From: an uncultured Methanosarcinales archaeon
GTDB taxonomy: Archaea; Nanobdellota; Nanobdellia; Woesearchaeales; ARS49
Direction: 5' to 3'
Assembly: GCA_964637115.1 (NCBI GenBank)
Contig: CAZWVL010000011.1
Coordinates: forward strand, 2,114-31,450
Length of the DNA stretch: 29,337 bases
The notes under the pieces are model-generated. The model did no database searches. It had not been told where the DNA came from and saw only the letters and a list, made by a program, of their open reading frames with translations. Each line of letters opens with the position of its first letter. Within the stretch, counting starts at the first letter, position 1. A program made the position numbers and the translations under genes. Positions 15,482 to 24,713 of this stretch are shown in pieces.

Positions 15482-16401
15482 ATGTTTTTAAAATAATCAA
15501 TCGTCTTCTTAAGGCCTTCGGTCAATGGAATGGCAGGCGCCCACTTCAACTTTGACTTAGCAAGAGTGATGTCGGGCTTGCGCTGCTTAGGATCATCTTG
15601 CGGCAGGGGCTTGTACACAATTTTTGACCTGCTCTTTGTCAACGATATTATTTTTTCAGCGAGCTTCCTGATAGTGAATTCATCAGGATTTCCCAGGTTA
15701 ACAGGACCAATAGCATTCGAGTTCATCAACTTGACAAGGCCGTCAACAAGGTCTGAGACAAAGCAGAAGCTGCGTGTTTGTGAGCCTGTGCCATAAACCG
15801 TAATGGGCTTATTTTGAAGAGCCTGCAAGATGAAATTGCTTACAACACGGCCATCATCCGGCGCCATATTAGGGCCGTAAGTGTTGAAGATGCGGGCAAT
15901 GCGGATATCGACAGCGTATTGACGATGAAAGTCCATGCACAAAGTCTCAGCAGCGCGCTTGCCCTCGTCATAACAGCTCCTTACGCCGATTGGGTTAACG
16001 TTGCCCCAGTATGTTTCTTTTTGGGGGTGCTCCAACGGATCGCCATAAATTTCACTCGTGCTTGCCTGTAATATTCTTGCCTTGCAAGAATGAGCAAGTT
16101 CAAGCATATTATAAGTGCCTATTACAGATGTTTTGAATGTAAAAACAGGATCCTTTTGATAATGGACAGGAGATGCGGGACAGGCAAGATTATAAATCTG
16201 GTCAGCAGCATCATCAAACGGCTCAGTAATATCCTGCTGGATGAATTCAAATTTGGGATTCTTCAGGAACTGCTGGATGTTCTTTTTACTTCCAGTATAA
16301 AGATTATCAATGCACACCACTTCGTGATTCTGGTCGAGAAGCGCCTTGCATAAGTGAGAACCGATAAAGCCAGCCCCGCCAGTAACGATGATGCGCATCA
16401 C
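15478..16401 (-). CDS. uxs: UDP-glucuronate decarboxylase (UDP-xylose synthase)
   Basis: '[11 protein letters not shown]', '[14 protein letters not shown]', '[32 protein letters not shown]', '[13 protein letters not shown]'. Confidence 0.93.
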   Translation of the reverse strand: MMRIIVTGGAGFIGSHLCKALLDQNHEVVCIDNLYTGSKKNIQQFLKNPKFEFIQQDITEPFDDAADQIYNLACPASPVHYQKDPVFTFKTSVIGTYNMLELAHSCKARILQASTSEIYGDPLEHPQKETYWGNVNPIGVRSCYDEGKRAAETLCMDFHRQYAVDIRIARIFNTYGPNMAPDDGRVVSNFILQALQNKPITVYGTGSQTRSFCFVSDLVDGLVKLMNSNAIGPVNLGNPDEFTIRKLAEKIISLTKSRSKIVYKPLPQDDPKQRKPDITLAKSKLKWAPAIPLTEGLKKTIDYFKNI

Positions 16402-17672
16402 GCCCTCCCAATAGAACGGTATTCAAAGCCAAGCTTGCGCATTTTTTCTGGATCAAACACATTGCGCGCATCAATGAACTTTTTTACCTTGAGTTTCTTC
16501 ACGTCCATTGTCTTATAGTCACTCCAATCAGTTGCGAGAATGATCAAATCAGCATCTTCAGAAGCTTCATAAGCATCTTTGCAATAAGTAACGTCTTTAA
16601 GAATCTTTTTTGCATTCTCAACTGCCTGCGGGTCGCATGCTCTTATTTTAGCGCCGTCTTTTTGCATGTCCTCTATGAGCAGACATGCCGGCGAAAGGCG
16701 AACATCATCCGTATTGGGCTTGAAAGCGAGGCCGAGAACTGCTATTGTCTTGTTCTTTAACGTGCCGAGCAATTCCTTTGCCATATTTTTGACGTGAAGG
16801 CGCTGGTGTTCGTTGATTTTTACAACTGCTTCAAGCAAAGAAGCGTCAACTTTGTGCTTTTTCAAGACCGAAATGAAAGCATCAACATCTTTTGGAAAAC
16901 AAAAACCTCCATAACCAAGACCGGCATTCAAGAATTCCCTGCCAATACGCTTATCCATTCCAACACCATCCATCACTATCTTGATTTCAGCATCGGTTTT
17001 CTCACACAACTGGGCAACCATATTGGCAAAACTGATTTTCATTGAGAGGAAACTATTGGAAGCGTGCTTGATAAGCTCAGCACTGTTCAGATTTGTGTGG
17101 ATAATGGGCGCTTTGATAGGAGCATAGATTTCTGACATAACTTTGTCGGCTTTTTTTGTTTCAGTACCGATAACAATTCTATCTGGATGGAGAAAATCGT
17201 GCACAGAAGTGCCCTCCCTCAAGAATTCAGGGTTAACCGCAACATCAAACTCTGTCTTCAAATATTTTCCAAGCAAAGACTTCATCCATTGGGCTGTCTG
17301 CACTGGAACAGTGCTCTTTTCAACAATAACTGCATAGTGCTTAAGGTTTGCACCGATGTCCTTAATGACCTGTTCCATAAAAGAAAGATCAGGAGAACCG
17401 TCTTTCTTTGGAGGAGTTCCAACACAAATAAAAATAGCTTCAGCGTCTTTGATGGTTTCCTGGATTGAAGTGGAAAAAGACAAATTACCAGACTTTAGAT
17501 GCTTTGTAAGAAGTTCAGGCAAACCTGCCTCAAAGATTGGACAAATACCCTTTTTCAGCTTGGTGATCTTAGACGCGTCAATATCATTACATGTGACCTT
17601 GTGGCCAAGCTCGGCAAGACAGGCGCCTGTAGTTAGTCCAACATATCCAGTACCAATAACTGCAATTTTCAT
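16398..17672 (-). CDS. ugd: UDP-glucose 6-dehydrogenase
   Basis: 'IGTGYVG', 'ICVGTP', 'KSTVP', 'NPEFLREG', '[10 protein letters not shown]' (catalytic Cys), '[13 protein letters not shown]'. Confidence 0.95.
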   Translation of the reverse strand: MKIAVIGTGYVGLTTGACLAELGHKVTCNDIDASKITKLKKGICPIFEAGLPELLTKHLKSGNLSFSTSIQETIKDAEAIFICVGTPPKKDGSPDLSFMEQVIKDIGANLKHYAVIVEKSTVPVQTAQWMKSLLGKYLKTEFDVAVNPEFLREGTSVHDFLHPDRIVIGTETKKADKVMSEIYAPIKAPIIHTNLNSAELIKHASNSFLSMKISFANMVAQLCEKTDAEIKIVMDGVGMDKRIGREFLNAGLGYGGFCFPKDVDAFISVLKKHKVDASLLEAVVKINEHQRLHVKNMAKELLGTLKNKTIAVLGLAFKPNTDDVRLSPACLLIEDMQKDGAKIRACDPQAVENAKKILKDVTYCKDAYEASEDADLIILATDWSDYKTMDVKKLKVKKFIDARNVFDPEKMRKLGFEYRSIGRA

Positions 17673-17760
17673 TGCGACAATAGTCAGGACAAGGGTATAA
17701 ATAGATTATGATTTGAATGTCAAGATTTGAGTTACGGAACCATTAATGCAGTAAGAATTA

Positions 17761-18675
17761 TTATTTGATAGTCTGTTCTATACCTTCATGGAACGGCACA
17801 TCGGGATGAAAATGCAATACTTTCTTTGCTTCAGAAATGTCGGCAACACTGTGAATAATGTCACCTGACTGCTTTGGAGCAAATTTAGGCTGGATTTTTG
17901 TGCCGATAACCTCGTTCAAATGAGCAAGCATTTCCTTAATAGAAACTTGAACGCCGGTTGCAATGTTGAATACTCTTCCAGACGCATGCGCAGCAGTCAT
18001 TGCCTTCAAGTTTGCCTGGACAACATCAGCAACAAAAACAAAATCCCTGGTCTGCATTCCATCGCCGAAGATTGTCGGCTGCTGATGGCTCTTTAATGCT
18101 GTAACAAATTTTGTAATGACGCCCGAGTAAGGGGATGTTGGATCTTGCCTTGGGCCGTACACGTTAAAGTAGCGCAACGCAACTGTTTCCATGCCGTATA
18201 TTTTGTTGAAAATAAGAGTGTACTGCTCGCCAGCAAGCTTTGACAACGCATAAGGAGTTTGCGGGCGCAGAGGGCTGCTTTCGGTTTTTGGCAAACTTGG
18301 GTCGTCGCCGTAAACTGAAGCACTGCTGGAGTAAATCACGCGCTTAACTTTTGCGTCTCTTGCTGCCAGCAGAACTTTCAATGTGCCTGTAGCATTCGTC
18401 TCATGCGTTTCCAAAGGATGCTCAACAGAGTAAGGAACGCTCGCATTTGCTGCCAAGTGGAATACGAACTCTTTGCCCTGCATTACTTTTTTGAGAATAT
18501 TGGAATCAGTAATATCGCCTTTGACAAAAGTGATTTTGTCCTTGATTGTAGAAAGGTTAGACTGCTTGCCAGAAGACAAATTATCAAGCACGGTAACATC
18601 GTGCTTTGGGGCTAAAGCTTCCACCAAATGGCTGCCAATAAAGCCCGCACCGCCTGTAACAAGTACTTTTGCCAT
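17761..18675 (-). CDS. Extended SDR NAD-dependent nucleotide-sugar epimerase (UDP-Glc/GlcNAc 4-epimerase-like)
   Basis: '[11 protein letters not shown]', 'SSSASVYG', 'PYALSK' (YxxxK), 'LRYFNVYGPRQDP.SPYSGVI'. Confidence 0.92.
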   Translation of the reverse strand: MAKVLVTGGAGFIGSHLVEALAPKHDVTVLDNLSSGKQSNLSTIKDKITFVKGDITDSNILKKVMQGKEFVFHLAANASVPYSVEHPLETHETNATGTLKVLLAARDAKVKRVIYSSSASVYGDDPSLPKTESSPLRPQTPYALSKLAGEQYTLIFNKIYGMETVALRYFNVYGPRQDPTSPYSGVITKFVTALKSHQQPTIFGDGMQTRDFVFVADVVQANLKAMTAAHASGRVFNIATGVQVSIKEMLAHLNEVIGTKIQPKFAPKQSGDIIHSVADISEAKKVLHFHPDVPFHEGIEQTIK

Positions 18676-18697
18676 GGCAAGCGGAAATTAAGAAAGC

Positions 18698-18705
18698 TTT
18701 ATAAA
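18698..18705. promoter_or_regulatory. Palindromic TATA box TTTATAAA shared by the 5S rRNA and the epimerase gene
   Basis: Centre is about 26 nt from the 5S 5' end (18728) and about 26 nt from ATG 18675; BRE-like GAAAG on the 5S-facing side. Confidence 0.6.
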
Positions 18706-18727
18706 CCCCACCCTTTGTCGTCAATAA

Positions 18728-18837
18728 TGGACGGCCATAGGGGTCGGGTTCCACCTGGTCTCATTCGAACCCAGCAGTTAAACCGGCCTCCGTAACGGTG
18801 TGTACTCCGCTGAGGGGGAAATCCGTCAAGCTGTCCA
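18728..18837 (+). rRNA. rrf: 5S ribosomal RNA (stand-alone, about 110 nt)
   Basis: Helix I TGGACGG/CTGTCCA; conserved 'GGCCATAG', 'CGAAC', 'AGTTAA', 'GTACT...GGGAAA' blocks. Confidence 0.9.
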
Positions 18838-18885
18838 CCTTATATTCTCCTTAAATTTAAATAAAGAGCCAAAGTAACTAACCTC

Positions 18886-19512
18886 ATGTTGCCGTACCTT
18901 GTTGCAATTCTTCCACCAGCACCAATTGCAAAGAAAGTAAATGAATTGAAGCAATGGGTGATAGAACGCTGCGGAATTCTTGAAGAGTCACTCAGCATCG
19001 CACACATTACACTAAACTTGAATCGTTTTCCAAACATTGAGCTTGTGGACAAAGCTTTATCTGAATGTTGCGCGACATTTCCTCCAATTGAGATTGCTGT
19101 TGAAGGTCTCAATACATTTCCGGGGCAAACTACTGTTGCATACGCGTATATAATGCCTAATCCTGCTCTTCAGCAACTCCAGGAAAGAATTGCAAATGCG
19201 CTGGCGCCATTACATGATGGTGAGCATTTACGAGAATACTTGACTCCAAAACGCTACATATTTACTACAGGCCAAATCCTCGCTTCAGAAAAATACGGAT
19301 ACCCCTATATAGGCCACGGCTGGCAACCACATATGACCATAGCGTTTTTTGACGACAAGAATTTTCAAAAAGCCGGCAAGGAATTATTGACGAAACCGAT
19401 TGAAGGAAAGTTCACAGTGCATGAAATAACATTGCTTTCCCTGCAACAAGCGGACGGCACGTGGCAATGGAAACCTTTCCGTGTTTATCCGCTTGGAACT
19501 AAATCTCAATAA
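18886..19512 (+). CDS. 2H phosphoesterase (2'-5' RNA ligase-like superfamily)
   Basis: Two HxT motifs ('AHITL', 'PHMTI'); TATA TTTAAATA about 23-30 nt upstream. Confidence 0.85.
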   Translation: MLPYLVAILPPAPIAKKVNELKQWVIERCGILEESLSIAHITLNLNRFPNIELVDKALSECCATFPPIEIAVEGLNTFPGQTTVAYAYIMPNPALQQLQERIANALAPLHDGEHLREYLTPKRYIFTTGQILASEKYGYPYIGHGWQPHMTIAFFDDKNFQKAGKELLTKPIEGKFTVHEITLLSLQQADGTWQWKPFRVYPLGTKSQ

Positions 19513-19526
19513 CAACATCACTCGTC
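19499..19526 (-). repeat. Displaced copy of the NFACT gene 3' end (reads TSDVVIEI-stop)
   Basis: 24/28 nt identical to 20025-20052, including an exact 16-bp core AACAACATCACTCGTC (19511-19526 = 20037-20052). Confidence 0.85.
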
Positions 19527-20021
19527 GTTCGGCAAATAAGAAAGAACTTTCTTAACTGTTTGAGCAACGGTTTTCTTGTTCGTATAAATTACAATTCCAC
19601 GATCAAATCTTGAGACAAGATGGTGAACAGCAACCGTTGCATCTTTTCCGTGTGACTTCTTCCTCCTGCTGTCTCTAGCTATGCAAACCTTCAAAGAAGC
19701 TTTCAAGGTGAAGATATAATGAGGCGAGGACAAATTTTTGACGATATGCTGAATTTGTCTCTTATGATAGAAACAGCCATCAAATATCACTATCTTGCTT
19801 GCTTTTAATTTTGCTTTTATTTCTGGAAAGATAATATTGCTTGCCTTTATAAAATTCCGAATAGGAATGCACTTTGCATAATGATCGACCTTATCCAAAC
19901 CGTGCTTTGCCAAAACAGCATCTATTGATACGTGTTTTGCACGCAAAATCTTGGCAAGCCTGCAGGCTATCGTCGACTTTCCAACGCCCAAAGGCCCTCT
20001 AATGATGACATAATAACACAT
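19518..20021 (-). CDS. P-loop nucleotide/small-molecule kinase-like protein
   Basis: 'GPLGVGKST' Walker A, 'VIFDG', lid-like 'CIARDSRR'; 167 aa. Confidence 0.82.
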   Translation of the reverse strand: MCYYVIIRGPLGVGKSTIACRLAKILRAKHVSIDAVLAKHGLDKVDHYAKCIPIRNFIKASNIIFPEIKAKLKASKIVIFDGCFYHKRQIQHIVKNLSSPHYIFTLKASLKVCIARDSRRKKSHGKDATVAVHHLVSRFDRGIVIYTNKKTVAQTVKKVLSYLPNDE

Positions 20022-20024
20022 AAG

Positions 20025-21038
20025 CTAGATATCTACAACAACATCACTCGTCTTTGGATTCAAGTCCTTGATTTTGGCATGGCCTTTCAGTTTTGCCTTG
20101 ATTTCCTGCAAAGAGAATTTCGCTTTAGCTTTGTTTAGTTCTTCAAGAATGTCCTTTAGTTCTTGATAATGTTCGTAAATTAATTCTCCTTTGCGCTGCA
20201 CGTCAATAGCCTCTTTTTCCATTGCAGTAATGTTCTTTGACTGCATGCTGATTACTTCCATAAGTTTTGCTTTTTTGGCAGCAAACGCCTTCTGCGCGCC
20301 GGATATTTTCTGGGACTGCATGGCGTGCGGCAGTTTTGCATCAATCAGTTCAGAGAAAGACTTGTATTGATGACCTTCTTCCTTGAACTGCCAAAGCTTA
20401 ATGGGGCTGAGTTCGCCATCCGGATATTCTCTGGGACTGGGTTTTTCTTTCAACAAAGACTGATATGCCTTAAAATCTCCGCCGCGAGCAATAATTTCTC
20501 TCACAAGTAGTTTGCCAAAGCCGAGAGAAGCAAGTTCTTTTTCATCACTTGGAACTTTTTCCAGCTCAAAAATATTTTTCCTTGCAGGAGGAGCAACGTA
20601 ATTCAAACCGCGCCTGATTTCACGGTCTTTCCAAGCGCGCTCTTCTCTTGCTCCCAAGATTTTTCTAGATGCGTCTGTCAAGATGACGTTTCCATTCTGG
20701 AAAAGTTCAATGAAAAGGTAAAAAGTTTCTTTTTGAGTTTCGAAAGTCATCTGGACAATACGCTCGCTGCCCAACTGCTCTATTTTCGTTATTTTCTTTC
20801 CTTCCAAAAAGCGGCGCATAGAACTGCAGAGTGCAGAGAATTTTTCTGGCGCTTCTGGCTTATCTTTTGCAAGCCAGATGGCATTAGCAATGCGAAGAAA
20901 TATCTTGCCAGCGCCAGACTTGTGAATCTGCAACAAGAAGCCGTCCGGTTCATAAATTTTGTCAACACGGGCACCTATAATATCTTGAAGTTCTTTGACG
21001 AGAAAATGCAGTTCAAGAAAATTAAGCTCGGATTTCAT
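20025..21038 (-). CDS. NFACT / Rqc2 (RqcH/FbpA) family protein, N-terminal half only
   Basis: 'GARVDKIY', 'RRFLEG..I..IEQ...ERI', 'IELF..GNVILTD', 'R.I..G..Y..PP', 'SFSELID', coiled coil with 'GELIYEHY'; ends before the NFACT-R domain. Confidence 0.88.
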   Translation of the reverse strand: MKSELNFLELHFLVKELQDIIGARVDKIYEPDGFLLQIHKSGAGKIFLRIANAIWLAKDKPEAPEKFSALCSSMRRFLEGKKITKIEQLGSERIVQMTFETQKETFYLFIELFQNGNVILTDASRKILGAREERAWKDREIRRGLNYVAPPARKNIFELEKVPSDEKELASLGFGKLLVREIIARGGDFKAYQSLLKEKPSPREYPDGELSPIKLWQFKEEGHQYKSFSELIDAKLPHAMQSQKISGAQKAFAAKKAKLMEVISMQSKNITAMEKEAIDVQRKGELIYEHYQELKDILEELNKAKAKFSLQEIKAKLKGHAKIKDLNPKTSDVVVDI

Positions 21039-21106
21039 ATATTATATGGGCCTGAAGCGAAGAATTTAAATCTTGCCAATAGAATGGCTGGTTTTGGGGT
21101 TAAAAG

Positions 21107-22063
21107 GTGAAAGCACTTATAACTGGAATCACGGGGCAAGATGGCTCTTACTTGGCAGAGCTCCTGCTGTCAAAAGGATACGAAGTTTATGGACTGGTCA
21201 GAAGAAACAGCACTTCAAACACTCAACGCATAGACCATCTGCCGCAAGTCAAACTTGTTTATGGCGACCTCCAAGACTCACACGCCCTCTCACAGATTAT
21301 ACGCGCGATAAAACCCGATGAGGTGTACAATCTAGCTGCACAAAGCCACGTGCGCGTGAGCTTTGACATACCAGAGTACACATCAGATGCTACCGGCATT
21401 GGAGCACTACGCTTATTGGAAGCAGTCAGACACGAACATCCAAAAGCAAAATTCTACCAAGCATCAAGCAGCGAAATGTTTGGGAAAGTACTTGCTGTGC
21501 CACAGGACGAGAAGACGCCATTCAATCCAAGAAGCCCCTATGCCTGCGCTAAAGTGTTTGCACACCACACAGTAAGATTGTATCGTGATGCATACAAAAT
21601 GTTTGCCTGCAACGGCATCCTTTTCAACCACGAAAGCCCAAGAAGAGGAGACAATTTTGTAACTAAAAAAATTACAAAAGCTGTTGCACGCATCAAGCTA
21701 GGCAAACAAAAAGACTTAATGCTGGGAAATCTTGAAGCAAAAAGAGACTGGGGCTATGCGCCGGAATATGTAGAAGCAATGTGGAGAATGCTGCAGCAGC
21801 CAGAACCTGATGACTATGTCATATCGACAGGAGAAACTCACAGCGTACAGGAATTTGTAGAAGAAGCATTTGCCTCTGTTGGACTAAACTGGAAAAACCA
21901 CGTAAAGATAGACGCACAATTCTACAGGCCGGCAGAAGTTGACTGTCTAATAGGAGATTACACAAAAGCGAAACAAAAGCTAGGCTGGCAGCCAAAAACA
22001 ACATTCAAACAGCTTGTCAAGATAATGGTAGAAGCTGACTTGGAAGAAGAACAGAAAAAGTAA
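21107..22063 (+). CDS. gmd: GDP-mannose 4,6-dehydratase
   Basis: '[19 protein letters not shown]', '[13 protein letters not shown]', 'PRSPYACAK', '[17 protein letters not shown]', 'LGNL.AKRDWG'; GTG start. Confidence 0.97.
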   Translation: MKALITGITGQDGSYLAELLLSKGYEVYGLVRRNSTSNTQRIDHLPQVKLVYGDLQDSHALSQIIRAIKPDEVYNLAAQSHVRVSFDIPEYTSDATGIGALRLLEAVRHEHPKAKFYQASSSEMFGKVLAVPQDEKTPFNPRSPYACAKVFAHHTVRLYRDAYKMFACNGILFNHESPRRGDNFVTKKITKAVARIKLGKQKDLMLGNLEAKRDWGYAPEYVEAMWRMLQQPEPDDYVISTGETHSVQEFVEEAFASVGLNWKNHVKIDAQFYRPAEVDCLIGDYTKAKQKLGWQPKTTFKQLVKIMVEADLEEEQKK

Positions 22064-23788
22064 TTATTTCTCCAACAACATTTGCACAATCTGCGCATAC
22101 GCAGGACGTGTTATGAGAACGCCAATAGTCACGGCAAGAATTGTCGTAATGGCGAACCCCTTCAACAGACCTGCGCCTGCAAAGAGCAACGGCAACATTG
22201 CGACGACAATCGTCAGGTATGCACTGAAGATGATGAAAAATGCACGCTTAATGCGCTCTTTCCAATTATAAATTGCTTCTTTCTGTCCACGAATAGCTTC
22301 GTCCGTAATAACAATCTGGTCATTCACACCAGTACCAATAGCGAGAATAATACCAGCGATAGCTGCAAGGTCAATATTCCAGCCAATCAATGCAGCCATT
22401 GCAACAGTAAGGAAAATCTCTGAAATAGCCGTGAAAACAATAGGGAACGCAATTATGACACGCCTATATACGAGCATCAACACAACTGCAACACCAAGCA
22501 ATGCAAACAGGCCAACGTAAACAGCATTTTTCAAAAATTCCTTGCCTAAAGTAGGAGAAATGTTGTCAATACGCTCAATTTCAATCTTAACTGGAAGCGA
22601 ACCGGTGATAAGAATGGTCTGCAAACGCTTCATATTCTTCAAAGCATCTTCCATTGCAGCCTGCTCTGTAGCGCCCTTGCCGCCACCACTAATGGCGATG
22701 TCAGTAACTGCACGGCCACGCAAGTCAGAAGCAATGCTCAAACGGTCAACTTCCTGATCATCAAGATACAGGACAAGCTGCTCTGACAAACTATCTCCAA
22801 CAACTGTAAGACCGCCTGTAAGATCTGCCTGACGCTGAGCAGCCCCAGGGCTCAGAGTAATAGAAAACATGAAACTGCAACCCCATCCTTCTGCTGCTTT
22901 TCCACAGCCCCTATTCGGGTCTAGACCTGAACACTGAGCAGTCCTGCAGACATACGTAATGTCCTGGCCGCCCTTGAAAACAGTCTCAGTTCCAATCTTT
23001 GATTCAAACTTGCCCTGCTTCCCGAGCAAATCACGCACTTCCTCCTCAGAAGCGCCTGCAATTTCAACAAGAATAAACTTGCTGCCTCCACCAATAAAAT
23101 CAGGACGATCGGAAACTTCAGTAACAACAACGTCACCAAGACCATAAACATTCAGACGCTCCTTCAACGAATCAATCATCAAAGACATAGTATCAGCAGA
23201 AACTTCCTCAGCAGGCCTCAGCAAGACTCTGGTGCCACCCTGCAAGTCAAGACCCTTGCGCAAGTTGCTCGTTGCAGCAGGACCAACACTAAAACCAAGC
23301 GGTTCAACGCCAACAACCTCAGACAAAACTTTTGGCTGATCAATTTCCCTCTGAACAGTCTTGTTCACCAAAATCATCGTACCATTTATGGTTTCGTTAA
23401 CCTCTATTGTTTCATCAACCAGAATTGTCTCAGTTTCGTTGAGAACAGTTACTTTATACTCTGGCTTTGCCACGAGTTTGTACGTATTCTTGGTTGTCTT
23501 AACAGAAACAGTCTGGTTAGGCTGTAATGTTGAAACAAAAGCGTAGTATGCCTGCACGTCAAGAATAGGCTTGTTGTTCATTGCGATAATGCGCTCATGC
23601 GCCATCGGAGACAATCCTCCCCTAGGGTTCTCAAAACCTGCAAGCTCAGCGCTACTGTTTCTTGCAACAGCCTTTACAGACACTCCCTCATTCCACGGAC
23701 GCGGATTGATGGCAAATAATCCCAACAGCAAGCAAACTAGAAGAATTATTACACGAGTATTGGTCAAGATCTTTTTAATTGGGGCCAT
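22064..23788 (-). CDS. secD: Protein translocase subunit SecD, archaeal type
   Basis: 'GLDLQGGTRV', 'RLN.YGL.DV', 'L.TGSLPV', 'ISPTLG', six C-terminal TM helices, 'GVLITRPAY'. Confidence 0.92.
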   Translation of the reverse strand: MAPIKKILTNTRVIILLVCLLLGLFAINPRPWNEGVSVKAVARNSSAELAGFENPRGGLSPMAHERIIAMNNKPILDVQAYYAFVSTLQPNQTVSVKTTKNTYKLVAKPEYKVTVLNETETILVDETIEVNETINGTMILVNKTVQREIDQPKVLSEVVGVEPLGFSVGPAATSNLRKGLDLQGGTRVLLRPAEEVSADTMSLMIDSLKERLNVYGLGDVVVTEVSDRPDFIGGGSKFILVEIAGASEEEVRDLLGKQGKFESKIGTETVFKGGQDITYVCRTAQCSGLDPNRGCGKAAEGWGCSFMFSITLSPGAAQRQADLTGGLTVVGDSLSEQLVLYLDDQEVDRLSIASDLRGRAVTDIAISGGGKGATEQAAMEDALKNMKRLQTILITGSLPVKIEIERIDNISPTLGKEFLKNAVYVGLFALLGVAVVLMLVYRRVIIAFPIVFTAISEIFLTVAMAALIGWNIDLAAIAGIILAIGTGVNDQIVITDEAIRGQKEAIYNWKERIKRAFFIIFSAYLTIVVAMLPLLFAGAGLLKGFAITTILAVTIGVLITRPAYAQIVQMLLEK

Positions 23789-24677
23789 GCTGCTCCTTTT
23801 TCTCCATATACCATCTCAAAATGCCCGCGTTCTGGAACCACGTGTAGATAAGATCAAACACCAAGCCGATAGTTGTTATCAGCATAATCTGGCGAATTGT
23901 GTCTGACTGCGTGAATATCAATCCAATTATTGAAGCGACCAGTGCGGTAATGGTCATAGTAACTCCTGTGCGCAACGCGCCAACAGTCCTTTCAAAAATA
24001 GTGCCACCTTCAGCCTTGCGCTTGAGCACCTTTGTAGTCAGCAAGATGTCAGTGTCGACAGAATAACCAATCAGCATCAACAACGCTGCAATTCCGGCAG
24101 TACTCATCTTCATACCAATCAAGTTAATGACGGCAAGAGTTGAGATGATGTCAGAAACGGCAGCAAGGATGACAAATGAGGAAGGCACAATCGAACGGAA
24201 TGACAGAAAAACAACAATTGCCATAAAAATAAACGCATATATCAACGCGCGCACCGTTTGTGAGAAGAAACGCGCACCCAACGAACTTCCCATACTTTCA
24301 ACACTATATTTACCTTCTTCAAGCACTATGCCGGATGACTTTAGAGATGTTTGCAGGTCTTCAACAGAAACGTCAGCCGCCTCAACAATCAGCGCAGTTG
24401 CAACGCCAGCCTCAGTAATCTCGCGAACAGAAATATCAGCACTGGGATGCGCATTAGTTAATGACTGCTTAAGCACATGAATGTCAACCGGCGAATCAAC
24501 CGGAATCGTCATAGTAATGCCACCCTTCAAAGAAACGCCCCTCTGGAAGAACTCACCAGTGCGAGCATAGCTAACGCCTAAATAAATAATGCAGACGAAG
24601 AGCAACAAGAAACTAAATATCATCAATTTCTTGTACTGCTTATCGTAAATGTTTGACAATGATTCTTTGAGTGACAA
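23775..24677 (-). CDS. secF: Protein translocase subunit SecF, archaeal type
   Basis: 'GVSLKGG', 'SLG..F', 'LIGYSVDTDILLT', 'TW.QNAGIL'. TTG 24677 favoured (GGTGG SD, TATA at 24711-24718) over GTG 24692. Confidence 0.92.
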   Translation of the reverse strand: MSLKESLSNIYDKQYKKLMIFSFLLLFVCIIYLGVSYARTGEFFQRGVSLKGGITMTIPVDSPVDIHVLKQSLTNAHPSADISVREITEAGVATALIVEAADVSVEDLQTSLKSSGIVLEEGKYSVESMGSSLGARFFSQTVRALIYAFIFMAIVVFLSFRSIVPSSFVILAAVSDIISTLAVINLIGMKMSTAGIAALLMLIGYSVDTDILLTTKVLKRKAEGGTIFERTVGALRTGVTMTITALVASIIGLIFTQSDTIRQIMLITTIGLVFDLIYTWFQNAGILRWYMEKKEQHGPN

Positions 24678-24713
24678 ATATACCACCTGCACTGGGCAGA
24701 ACTATAAGGGTTT

